Shown here: positions 1-10,693 of the stretch, piece after piece
Position numbering within the stretch: the stretch's first letter is position 1
How the letters are laid out: every line of letters begins with the position of its first letter
Assembly (NCBI RefSeq): GCF_001194135.2
Contig: NC_068988.1
Location: 17,268,482-17,326,965, forward strand
Direction: 5' to 3'
Origin: Octopus bimaculoides
Lineage: Eukaryota
Length of the DNA: 58,484 nucleotides
The notes under the pieces: generated by a model
What the model saw: the letters and a program-made list of their open reading frames with translations, nothing else
Told to the model about the DNA's origin: nothing
The model's database searches: none
Made by a program: the position numbers and the translations under genes

Positions 1-33
<33 letters not shown>

Positions 34-59
34 ATGTATGTACATATATGTGTGTGTGT

Positions 60-267
60 ATGTTTGTGTTTGTCTATCACCATCGCTTGAAAACCGATGT
101 TGCTTTGTTTACGTCACTGTAGCTTGGTGGTTCGGTAAAAGAGCCCCGAGAGAATAAATAACTAGGCTTAGAAAGAATAAGTCCGGTTGTCGATTTGTTC
201 GACAAAAGGCGGTGCTCTAGCATGGCCACAGTCAAATGACTGAATGAAGTAAAAGAATAAAAGAATA
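60..267 (+). mobile_element. SINE family S2, right arm only (left arm lies upstream of the window)
   Basis: Matches the 3' arm of the full copy at 22733-23174 (cgcttgaaaaccgatg...gcggtgctctagcatggccacagtcaaatgactgaatgaagtaaaaga). It follows a TA/TG microsatellite. Confidence 0.8.
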
Positions 268-744
268 TATTGTATTGACAATGTCGTTTTGATGAAATGA
301 ATAGTGGACAGAACAAACATTGCATCACTATAAGCAAATTAACTGTGCAGTGTTCAGCAAGAAAATGCTGCACAGCAAGCTGTCGTCTTCAACAGGTGGG
401 GCACAATTTTCAGGTTTTTTAAAGATTTTTTTAGTTGCTTGCTCTTTTATCTTTCAGTCTAGAGTGATGACCATCGATAAGGGCCCATGATCATAGATAA
501 GGGCCTTATGACTCCAAGACTGGTAGAAATGTGGGAGGTACTCTGAAATTTGGGCAGAATGCTTCCAACATTCTGGACTTCGCTAAAGGCTCTCAACGCA
601 TGAGGTGCACGACGGGTTATGTCGACTGCCTAATGAAGCCATGGCGGAATGCACAGTCAGAAGGCAATGAATTGGATAAATACCGCAAGGCTCTTACCGC
701 TCTCCCAATCCACCATTTTGGATTTATGTTTTCACCATTTATAC

Positions 745-923
745 TTTGTTTTAGTCATTTGAATTTGGCTTGATGGGGCACCACTTTAAAGGCTTTTAGT
801 CAAACACATGAAACGCTGGATTTATTTTTGTTGTACTTATTTTATCGGTCACATTTGCAGAAACGCTAGTGTTACTTAGAGGTAAACACACCAACGCCGG
901 TTGCAGTCGGTGGTCGTAGACAG

Positions 924-927
<4 letters not shown>
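745..927 (-). mobile_element. SINE S2 right arm (degenerate); its left arm resumes at 2224 after the Tc1 insertion
   Basis: tagtcatttga...ggcaccactttaaaggcttttagtc...gtaaacacaccaacgccggttg aligns by eye to 41020-41175. Confidence 0.65.

Positions 928-1014
<87 letters not shown>
928..1014. repeat. (CA)n(TA)n microsatellite, the internal tract of a SINE S2 copy
   Basis: Direct reading of the sequence. Confidence 0.95.
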
Positions 1015-1017
<3 letters not shown>

Positions 1018-2223
1018 GGGTTGGACAAAATAATGGAAACATCTTAAAATTTCAAACAAATTTATTTTTAAAATGGGGTAGGACCGCCTTCGGCAGTAAT
1101 TACAGCTTGAATTCTATGATGTATGGACTCGTACAAAGTTTGAATTGTTTCCAAAGGAATTATTGTCCATTCTTCAGTTCCAGTTCTTGCATTGATGATG
1201 GTGGATGGTATCGACTCCTTACTTCTTTTTCGAAAATGCCCCATTAATGTTTAATAATATTGAGATCTGTGAACTGTGGTGATCAGATAAGACGTTCAAC
1301 TTCACTAGAATGTTCCTCGAGCCATTCAGCAACAACTTTAGCTGTGTGAATTGGTGCATTATCACCCTGAAAGATCGGTTTTCCTCCGGAAACAGTACGC
1401 AACCATAGAATGAATTTGATCCGATAAAATTCTTAAACAGTCTTAACTATTAATTCCGCCATAAAGGGAAACCATTGAGCCGGCGGATTTCCAAGATATA
1501 GCCCCCACCTCAAATCACAGTTCCTTCTCCATGTTTAACAGTTGGAAGAAGACAGTCTGGGTGAAATGCTTTTTTTTTTTTTGTCTCGTCTGGGAAAATA
1601 ACATCCTTTCACTGCTCTAGGGACCAATTCTGTAGGTGTTTATTCAACACTAAACGCTTTCCAACGTTTTTTCTTTAAAGTAGTGACTTCCTGATTGCAG
1701 CCCTCCCGTGAAATCCGCCTTTCTGCAGCTCCCGGTCAACGGTTTTTGTGGAAACTGGGTCCTCGAGGTGGTCGTTAAGCTCTGCAGTAGTTTTGGGAGG
1801 TGTACTTTTGTGATCCTTTCTAACGATTTGCGTAAGAGTTCAACGGTCCCTGTCTGACAATTTTGGTTTTCTTCTGGAGTTTTCTTTCGACGAGGAGGTT
1901 TTTCCCTCATTCTCAAAGGCTTGTATTACTTTCGGGACAGTATTTCTCGATACACCAAACATTTTGGCTGTTTTCGTTACGCTAGTGCCTGCTATACGAG
2001 CACCAGCAATTTGACCTCTTTGAGAGTGCGATAGATCTCTCATTTTCATGAATTTTAATTACCTTTTTCTAATGACATCTGAAAAGAAACAGCAAGTTTA
2101 GCAAAGCATATTAAGTAACACTAATAATAAATCCCAAAACATAAAAATAAAGTAGCTTTTGACGGTTTATAGATTTTTGAAAATTATGAAGCTATGTGTT
2201 TCCATTATTTTGTCTAACCCCTC
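1015..2223 (-). mobile_element. Tc1-like DNA transposon, about 1.2 kb, decayed
   Basis: 27-bp TIRs CAGGGGTTGGACAAAATAATGGAAACA (1015-1041) and TGTTTCCATTATTTTGTCTAACCCCTC (2197-2223). TA flanks on both sides. Transposase remnants on the minus strand. Confidence 0.93.
1090..2049 (-). pseudogene. Tc1 (DD34E-type) transposase pseudogene
   Basis: N-terminal HTH-like MRDLSHSQRGQIAGARIAGTSVTKTAKMFGVSRNTV...RKPKLSDRDR. Downstream motifs VIFPDET, PTVKHGEG, IFQGDNAPIHTAK and DLNIIKH. Multiple stops and frameshifts. Confidence 0.88.
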
Positions 2224-2345
2224 TATATACGACGGGCTTCTTTCAGCTTCCATTTATCAAATCCACTCACGTGGATTTTGTTGGACCGAATCTATGAAAA
2301 AGGAAACTTGCCCAAGATTCCACGCAGTGGAACAGAACCCGAGTC
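2224..2345 (-). mobile_element. SINE S2 left arm (head truncated)
   Basis: tatacgacgggcttctttcagcttcc...aaatccactcac...acttgcccaagattccacgcagtggaacagaaccc matches 41265-41375. Confidence 0.85.
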
Positions 2346-2898
2346 CCTCTATGACGAAAGGCAAAGGTGAAATTAAAGAAAATTGAAGACAGAACGGAAA
2401 GCCGATACAAAATACCATAGGGTCTCCCATCAGACGTTCTGTCGACTCCCTCAATTCGCTGCTTTGTTCGTGCGACATATTTAAACACCCACTCTCAGTC
2501 ACCTACGCAAGTAGGAAGAAGTTTCAATATGAGATGGTGGCATTTGAAAGCAAAACTCATTTTCCTCAATAAAATCAATTAGTTTGAGTCTACATTTGTA
2601 TGTGCTCTCACATGAATTTGACATGTTTCTATCGTTATCTAGAATAATAGATGTTTGTCATATTGAAAAAAATAACCTTAATGAGATAGATTTCATTATT
2701 TATTTATTTATTTTAACATTGGTTAATTGAAAAACTGAAGCTGGCGACGAAATCCTTTGAATAACCTACAGATATTCCATTTGTCTGTTATTTTATTAGC
2801 AATTACGATTATTGTAAATACAATTCTCAATTGAAGTGATTGCCATAGCAGCTATTTTGTGCAAACTCTCATTAAGTAAATGAAACGCCGCCAAGATT

Positions 2899-2929
<31 letters not shown>

Positions 2930-3769
2930 NNNNNNNNNNNNNNNNNNNNNNNNNNNNNNTATATATATATATATATATTCTTTTTTTCTTTATTCTTCTT
3001 TCGTCAAAATTTTCATTTGTGAATTATAAATGGAGAGACATTGTTATGAGACAATGTCGTATCCCGAGGGACTTGGCCATCTATTCGGTAATACAATGAA
3101 GTCAGTGAATGAGAAGATGATGGGAAAAGAAATAGGTTGTTATATATACATATAGGCAGGCAGAGGCAGATAGATAGATAGATTAGATTAGATTAGATTA
3201 GACTAGATAGATAGATATACTGTGTGTATATACATATATATTTACATAAGCAAATACATATGCATGTGGGTTTGTCTATGTAGTTTCTACATTTTAAGTT
3301 GTTCAAATGAGCTCTGTTGTAATCCATAACGATGTCCCTGCACTTATCAAAGCACAAATCAATTGTATAAGTTTGTATTATATTTTAATAAGCACAACCG
3401 GTTATATTATTGACATTTCCTATTAATATTGTAACGTTTACAATGTTAATATCGTAACGTCTGATGTTGAAGTAAACGCTGCAATGTCTGATGTTGACTT
3501 AGTATTTCAGTTAATGATTTTGCTGCTGTATATAAGCAAAAAAGTAATAATTATGGTCCTCGGACAAGACAACTGAGGCTCCCATCTGTGTCTTTATCTA
3601 TCCAAAACTCACAATTGCCTACACATGCTTTCCAAATTAAATTTCACATACAGGCACTCTTCTAAAAAGAATATTTTTAATCTTATTATAGTTATTTTTA
3701 AGGAGTCATTTCTATTCGTATTCATTTGCGAGCTTCCGCCATGATAGATCGCTGACCAGTACATTTATA

Positions 3770-3930
3770 TTTTTCTCTCTCCTTGTTTCTCTCTCTGTTT
3801 CTTTCAGTTGAAGAGCGTAAGCTCGAAATGTCAAAGATTTTCTCTATTCCCGAGTGTTATACTAATACATCCATTTGTTGTTTACACCACCAGTCTTCCT
3901 CTGTTGTTTTTTTCGTAAATTCTCCCTATA
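3770..3930 (+). mobile_element. Penelope-like element terminal fragment with hammerhead-like motif (family H1)
   Basis: TCTTT-CAGTTGA-A-GAGC gtaa GCTC-GAAAT-GTC-AAAGA, followed by a tail (ttcccgagtgttatactaatacatccatttgttgtttacaccac...cgtaaattctccc) that recurs inverted at 55681-55812. Confidence 0.6.
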
Positions 3931-4871
3931 CATAGCACACGCTCACGTGCTCGCACCAGCTAATCTTATCTCTACTCGTCACACACGAACTTCTGGACTC
4001 TCTATCTTTTTTCATTCTGGACTTATTTACTCTGGATTTTTTTTTTAACTTTACACTCTCCGGCTGCACCTCTCCTACCCACGGATTACACTGGATCTAG
4101 CTACTGATAGGTGTGTGTGGGGGTGTGTTTGTGTGTGTGGGTTAAGCTACCATAATAAACACATTTTTACCTTGTGGCATTATCGTATACTAATGCCCTT
4201 ATATAAATATAAATATATTCTAGGGATAATGATGGATTTTTCCCTTACGAGTTTTTTCACGCTTGCGATTTGATAAAATGCTTGTTAAAGATTTTGTTAC
4301 TCATATAATTAATTCTAGCCATGAAGCGTCTTCCCAAAAACATACACGTCAATATCTGTTTATGATAGACTACTTACCTCTCAAACTCAGTCCTTGACCA
4401 TTCACCCTCGTTTTACCCAAACATCTACATATCTTCCACTCTAAATCATTCCTCCACTCCACTATACCAAAACAGTCTAATACTAACTTAAATGAACAAG
4501 TACCAACTACTTCCAGCTGTATACAACTAATGCTCCCATTATATTTCGTTCCAAGCCAATTTATAACGCCCTCTGTTGCAATAATCACGTTCGTATGAGA
4601 ATATTCAATCTAATAGATTTGGCAGTGCCAAAATTTCTATGATGTTCCCTGTCATTTGACATACACATCAAATGAAAATCAATGTTCTACTTTTTTCGCT
4701 ACGTCTGTATTATGTTGAAACTCTTAGACGTCGTATATTTATATGAATACTGAGTACAAATCTATATAATTACTTCAGATGTATATGTATAAATTGAATA
4801 TATCCATCAGTCTAAATTCCTATATCACTCACACCTCTTTCTGTCTCTCATTCCCTCTATTTATGTGTGTG

Positions 4872-4876
<5 letters not shown>

Positions 4877-4958
<82 letters not shown>
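4877..4958. repeat. (TA)n microsatellite
   Basis: Direct reading of the sequence. Confidence 0.95.
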
Positions 4959-4961
<3 letters not shown>

Positions 4962-5792
4962 TAAACAAAATGCTTGTATTTATGTGCAACTCTTAGTTTC
5001 ATGTACTGAGAGCATGACAAACAGGGCTTTTAACACGTCTGGTGTTCTAGCATAATCATCAGTGTTAAAAACACTGGTTATCATGCTCTCAGCACATGAA
5101 ACTAATAGTAGCACATGGATACATATATTGCGTTTATTAAATAATATTTACCTCTCAACAGATGGAGTGCTTTATCTTTTGATCTTACCATCAAGGAACA
5201 GTACACTCTATATAGTGTATAGGTTGCATATGTTTTGTTATGAACTATAGCCGTATCACAATTTACACACACACTCGCGCACGCACGTGTGTGTGCGTGT
5301 GTGTTCATATATGTATAATGTATGTATATACATCGTTGACACAACTTACTATGGTATTGTCTAGAGGTGACGTCTCTTACGGATATATCATAAAGAGAAT
5401 ATATTGGGTCTTTACTAATGATGTGGATAGCATCACGAACGTAAATTTTCCAAACCCTGCATCGATCGTCTCATGTAATTCAGGATAAACAACTTTTCGT
5501 TGTCAATATCGCTGTAATTTTGAAGCTTTCTGAATATATATCCATACATGACCTACAATAAATGTGTGTTTGCAGCCATTTTTTTTTTACCTTTTGCAGT
5601 AGAATTGTGTGACCTTTCTTTGTGTCCATCCTTCGACATGAGGCAGCTAATACTTTCTTAGGAGCACCTACCTATCCAACTGTAATTCTGTTATCAGCGT
5701 CACGGATGCAGACTTGTTGACGGGATATAATGTGACATTCACATTCTGCTTAGATCGATGTCAATCCTTTGCCACCTTTCCATTTTTAACAG

Positions 5793-5927
5793 AGCGATCT
5801 ACATAACAGTTGATGTGACCGTTTCAGGTTTGAACATCAATAACTGTATCTCAAGTACTAAGCGTGGGTATGATCACTGGTACAACAAACAATATGGTTT
5901 AGAAGTAGACAGAATGTTCCAAGAACC
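5793..5927 (+). CDS. Candidate internal coding exon, 135 nt, phase 2-2: (x)AIYITVDVTVSGLNINNCISSTKRGYDHWYNKQYGLEVDRMFQE(P); product unknown
   Basis: Acceptor ctttccatttttaacAG, donor GTATGT, length divisible by 3, one open frame, non-repetitive composition. Confidence 0.4.
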
Positions 5928-6094
5928 GTATGTTTTTCTTTATATAAATATATATATATATATATATATANNNNNNNNNNNNNNNNNNNNNNNNNNNNNN
6001 NNNNNNNNNNNNNNNNNNNNNNNNNNNNNNNNNNNNNNNNNNNNNNNNNNNNNNNNNNNNNNNNNNNNNNNNNNNNNNNNNNNNNNNNNNNNNN

Positions 6095-6136
<42 letters not shown>

Positions 6137-6786
6137 TAGAGTTATAGAAGCTATTTATTACAGGTTCCATGATGAGGAACATCTATTTCTAAGTAGATGT
6201 AATATTACTCATCAGATATCAGAGTAACAATAATAGCACAGGCATACACAGAGACAACATACACATATACATCCATTTATACAAATTATCAAATGTATAT
6301 TTCCTGTATTTAATTTTATTAATCACGTATTGCTTCAAGTAATTAATTACGAACCTGAATTCTTATTCTCCGTGACTTTATACAAGAATTGCTTAGATTC
6401 AAAGGTAAAATGATAAACACAAATTTTGCAAATATTCAATCGACTTTGAATTCGTGTGGTTAAACTATTAAAGAAATAAAATAACACAAAGACAATGCAA
6501 TTCTCTTTTACTAAGCCATATCCGTGTGTTCGTGTATGTGTATGTGGGTGTGTGCTTACGTTCATCAAGTTAGTTGATCTTTTCAGTTTTATGTCTCTAT
6601 CTGGCTGTATACACATGTATGTGTGTATGTGAGAGAGAGAGAGAGGGGGGATGTGTGTTGGGGGTGGTTAAAGAAGAAAACAGAGTTTTAACAGTTAACA
6701 TCAATTTATTAACATATTGTCAATTTACATTTGCCTTTCTCTTTATGAGGAATCTACATCCTTTCAATAACAAACACACACAGACA

Positions 6787-6814
6787 TACGCACATACATA
6801 CATACATACATACA

Positions 6815-6843
<29 letters not shown>
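6787..6843. repeat. (CATA)n microsatellite
   Basis: Direct reading of the sequence. Confidence 0.9.
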
Positions 6844-6847
<4 letters not shown>

Positions 6848-6939
6848 GGAGAGAGATGTATTAATGTGGTGGTGGTAGTGGTTGTAGGAATAACAGTATT
6901 TATTGTAGATGAGAAATTAGTAAATGATTTGGATTAACA

Positions 6940-7448
6940 TATACATAACCCTACTCAATAATGTCCGCAATATCATTGACTACCATTTTCCATTAAACTC
7001 TGCACAGTGTTAGAGTAATTTTCCCGTGTTACATAATGCACTACAAACACGCATAAAACTGCACTTGTATTAATTATGAAAAACCTTGGCTCTCTCCTGA
7101 CGAATATTGCCACAATTATAGCTTTAAATATTAGATCTTTCCCTACTGAATCTGTCATTCTGATTTCTGTTGGCGAATCTGTATTTTATTCATTCTGGTG
7201 TTTTGGTAGCTTTTCATCATTTCCTTATATATATAATTTTCTTTCGTTAATAACTGAACAAATAAAATCATAACCATGAGTCCTTAAACAAAACTGTGAT
7301 GGCATTTACTTTGATTGCCAGCAGGGAAAAATGCAACTACATTATTCAGATTATCTGGCATTGTCGTAATCAACAGTAAGAGCATTACTTCATTATTCAC
7401 AAATCTACTTCTGTTGAGTGCTTTTATTTTAAAGCTGGTAATAGTCAT
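6940..7448 (-). pseudogene. Possible highly decayed intronless Cys-loop (nAChR-like) receptor segment
   Basis: Motifs in the expected order across frameshifts: VAFFPAGNQSKC (Cys-loop-like), ggactcatggttatgat (GSWxYD-like), IFVRREPRFFIIN (pre-M1-like) and GKITL (M2-start-like). Recognised by eye only. Confidence 0.22.
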
Positions 7449-7767
7449 GTCGATTATTATTACTTTTTATATATCCTGCGCATTTTGTACTGCGCAATAT
7501 ATATATTATATATGAATTTTATACTGTTGTCTATCCTCAGGTCGCCAAAAGCAATTAAGCCCTGATCGCCATCATCTTGTATCCAGATCTAGAAGCTATC
7601 ATACATAGGTATCCTACTCATATGGCAATATGTTGAGCTATGAGAGACACTTAGTTTCTACTTCTGGCTGGTCGAGTAACTATGTAGGGACGCCTTTGAT
7701 TTGTGATGCTCTCATACGTTTTCTTATAGTATCGTTTGTATATTTGCTACAGAGTACATTTTTCACA

Positions 7768-8143
7768 GTGGAGGCGCAATGGCCCAGTGGTTAGGGCAGC
7801 GGACTCGCGGTCATAGGATCGCGGTTTCGATTCCCAGACCGGGCGTTGTGAGTGTTTATTGAGCGAAAACACCTAATTCTCCATGAGGCTCCGGCAGGGG
7901 ATGGTGGCGGATCCTGCTGTATTCTTTCACCATAACATTTTCTTACTTCCTGTTCCTGTTGTGCCTGCAATTCAAAGGGTCAGGCTTGTCATGCTGTGTC
8001 CCGCTGAATATCCCCGAGAACTACGTTAAGGGTACACGTGTCTGTGGTGTGCTCAGCCACTTGCACGTTAATTTCACGAGCAGGCTGTTCCGTTGATCGG
8101 ATCAACTGGAACCCTCGACGTCGTAAGCGACGGAGTGCCAACA
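7768..8143 (+). mobile_element. SINE family S1, tRNA-headed, full length with 12-bp TSD
   Basis: Head GGCGCAATGGCCCAGTGGTTAGGGCAGCGGACTCGCGG...GGTTTCGATTCC (A and B boxes). Ends gagtgccaacaac. TSD ACATTTTTCACA at 7756-7767 and 8144-8155. Confidence 0.93.
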
Positions 8144-8885
8144 ACATTTTTCACAACTGTAGAACTCTATTTTTAACAGTTTGTTATATTTAGATGTGTC
8201 TCTCGATTAACCCAAATATACATCTTGGTCCGCTGTGAATAAAATTCGTCAGAGTATAATTCATACTCTAGGGAATCCAAAGGTGCACAGTGTGACAAAA
8301 TACTTACTCTCGTCGTAATTCTTCCGTTTACTTCCATATTACTTCTTCATCTGTTTGTCTGCCTCAGTCACCGATTTAGTGGTATTCTCGTACCGTTATT
8401 ACACAATGCTTTCGTGTGTTTCACTTAATTCATAGCAATAAATAATTCGTTATATGACAAATTCGTTTCTTATTCGCATTATGATGATGGACAGCAGAGG
8501 TTTTTCTTCATACACACCGAAAGAATACCTTTCTTTTGGTTGACTTTCTCTTGTGTTTGATGTTTGTTTATGAAATGCATAGCATCTAACTGAAATGCGG
8601 CATCTCTTTGTACCATGAAATGTGTCTATAACAACACGTCTCTAAAACACATCGTCCGTTTATAAAGCGGCATCTAAGTTATCGACTAATTTGAAGTCTT
8701 GTTTAGAGAAATTTTCCAACATTATGTCAAACGATTAATTATATGGAAAAGAACTCCATTTTTCCCTTTCGTAAATATTGGTGATGAGATCAAAAAATGT
8801 TCGGGGGGTGGGTGTTTGGCTGGTATTTGTGAGTTTCAAACCCACAATTTTATGTTTTCTTTTATCATTTATCGACTTGAAAGTA

Positions 8886-9065
8886 GCGAGGGGACAGAAC
8901 CGTTAGGACGCTGGAAAAGTGCTTAGCGGCATTCTTCCTGTCTTTATATTCTGAGCACAAATCTCGCCGAGGGTGATTTTGCGTTCAATCATTTGGAGGT
9001 CGGTGAAATAAGTAATCGACTTACCTACCACCTTCAAAAACTGCTGACTCTCTACCAAAATATAA
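8886..9065 (+). mobile_element. SINE family S3, degenerate and internally deleted
   Basis: gacagaaccgttaggacgctggaaaagtgcttagcggcatt...ttctgagcacaaatctcgccgagg resembles the S3 copies. Confidence 0.6.
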
Positions 9066-9184
9066 AACCATTACACTGTGTAACACGATTTTTGTCCCTG
9101 GGTAGCAACTGTTGTTTCCTAATTGCTTTGTCCTCGAACGTATGAAAAATGGTTAATATTTCCTTCAACTTTTGCTTGTGTTAC

Positions 9185-9345
9185 ATTTATTCAAACCCCA
9201 AAGAATCCCTCCCAATCCGTGGCTATGATGTTCCCTCACTACTCCAGCACATTTTGTCAGTCAGTAAGGAATATGCTCAAGTGGTTAAGGTCAAGCAACT
9301 GAAAAGCAAACGTGTGGTATTCAGGAGAATATTTGCTATAACTAT
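9185..9345. repeat. Degenerate fragment of unclassified interspersed repeat U1
   Basis: attcaaaccccaaagaatccctc...ggctatgatg...ggttaaggtcaagcaactga...gaatatttgct is homologous to 15325-15490. Confidence 0.75.
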
Positions 9346-9692
9346 ATTTCTGCTTCAGCAACTTAGTGCTGAATTTGCCTGAAATGCAATGGAAAATAGG
9401 TCAAAACTTTGAAGTCCAAATCAGAAAAGCAAAATTTGTTAGGGAATAGTATGCATTTCGTTTAATTTCTAGATAGTTGCAAATTGGAAATAACACTTAC
9501 TGACCAAAGACAAACACTAATAAAATTTTGATTTTGTTAAAAAGTGTTTATTGTTATTTAATACTCATATTTATTGTAAACAATGAGGAACTTAATTCAT
9601 AATTCATTAACGCATTTTAAAGTTATTTTATGATTACTAAAATCCATGTTTCATATTAATTCCTTACATTTTTTTTCTTTTTTCTTTTACAG

Positions 9693-9767
9693 GTAAGACA
9701 TTCTCCTTGTATTGATATTTGTTGTCTCAACAAAGGCTTCAACAGGAAACCATTGTTCTAATTGTAT
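9693..9767 (+). other. Candidate exon or recursive-splice-type site (Yn-CAG|GTAAGA) with downstream donors GTATGT (9764) and GTAAGC (9768)
   Basis: Near-pure pyrimidine tract 9669-9688, then CAG|GTAAGA. The 71/75-nt segment has stops in all three frames. Confidence 0.45.
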
Positions 9768-9984
9768 GTAAGCACAGAGATCTTTTTTAACATTTTCGCA
9801 TGTGTAAAAATATGTTAATATTGGAATATATATAAAAAAGAACATGAAAAAAAAACTAGATACTTATATTAACCTGATATTAATTTCTTAATGTGTTTTT
9901 CACTGTATACATGCTTATGTGGGGGTTGCAGTTGGATTATACACAAGGAAAACTCGTATATATGTCGTATATATGTCGCATATA

Positions 9985-10693
9985 CAGAGATTGGACAATA
10001 TAATGGAAACACCTTAAAATTTCAAACAAATTTATTTTAATATGGGATTGGACCGCCTTTGGCAGGTATTATAACTTGACTTTTATGAGGTATGGACTCA
10101 TAGAAAGTTTGATTAGTTTCTAAATGAATTTTTGTTCATTCTTCAGCTAAAACAGTCTCCAGTTCCTGTAGTAAAGCTGATGGAGGATATCGACTCCTTA
10201 CTTGTTCATTTTTTTTTTCTAAAATGCACCATAGATGTTCAGTAATATTGAGATCTGGGGACTGTGGCCAGATAAGATGTTCAACTTCACTAGAATGTTC
10301 CTCGTGCCATTTAGTAATAAATTTAGCTGTGTGAATTGGTGCATTAACATCCTGGAAGATTGCGTTTCCCCCCGGAGATAGTTCTGCAACCATAGGATGA
10401 ATTTGATCAGATTACATGATTAATTATTCTTGACTATTAATTCTGTCATGAAGGGAAACCATTAGCCCGGTGGATTTCCAAGATCATCACAGTTCCTACG
10501 CCAGGTTTAACAGTTGGAAGAAGGCAGTTTGGGTCAAATGCTTTTTTGGCTGTTCCCACACGTATACTCAGTCAGTGGTTGGAAATAAGGTAAAGGATTA
10601 CTCGTACGAGAAAGTAACATTCTTCCACTGCTCTAGGGACCAAAATTACGATACTATGACGCTAGGTGTTTCCATTATTTTGTCCAACCCCTG
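9985..10693 (-). mobile_element. Tc1-like element of the same family as 1015-2223, internally deleted (709 bp)
   Basis: TIRs CAGAGATTGGACAATATAATGGAAACA and TGTTTCCATTATTTTGTCCAACCCCTG with TA flanks. Remnant ORF AIFQDVNAPIHTAK...WPQSPDLNITEHLW. The HTH-coding region is absent. Confidence 0.92.

Noticed and set aside
4350-4590. Possible LINE 3' fragment (minus strand, ...KTRVNGQGLSL)
   Set aside because: Resemblance limited to a few residues; not enough to call.
5650-5860. Cadherin-like words (NGHINC, LQLDR) on the minus strand
   Set aside because: The frame has several stops, the spacing is too long for a cadherin repeat, and there is no usable acceptor.
6181-6215. CTGATGA...GAAA on the minus strand as a hammerhead
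   Set aside because: Nine unpaired nucleotides separate stem II from GAAA, which does not fit the fold.
7768-7850. tRNA-like heads of S1-S4 as tRNA genes
   Set aside because: They lack a complete cloverleaf and continue into SINE bodies present in multiple copies.
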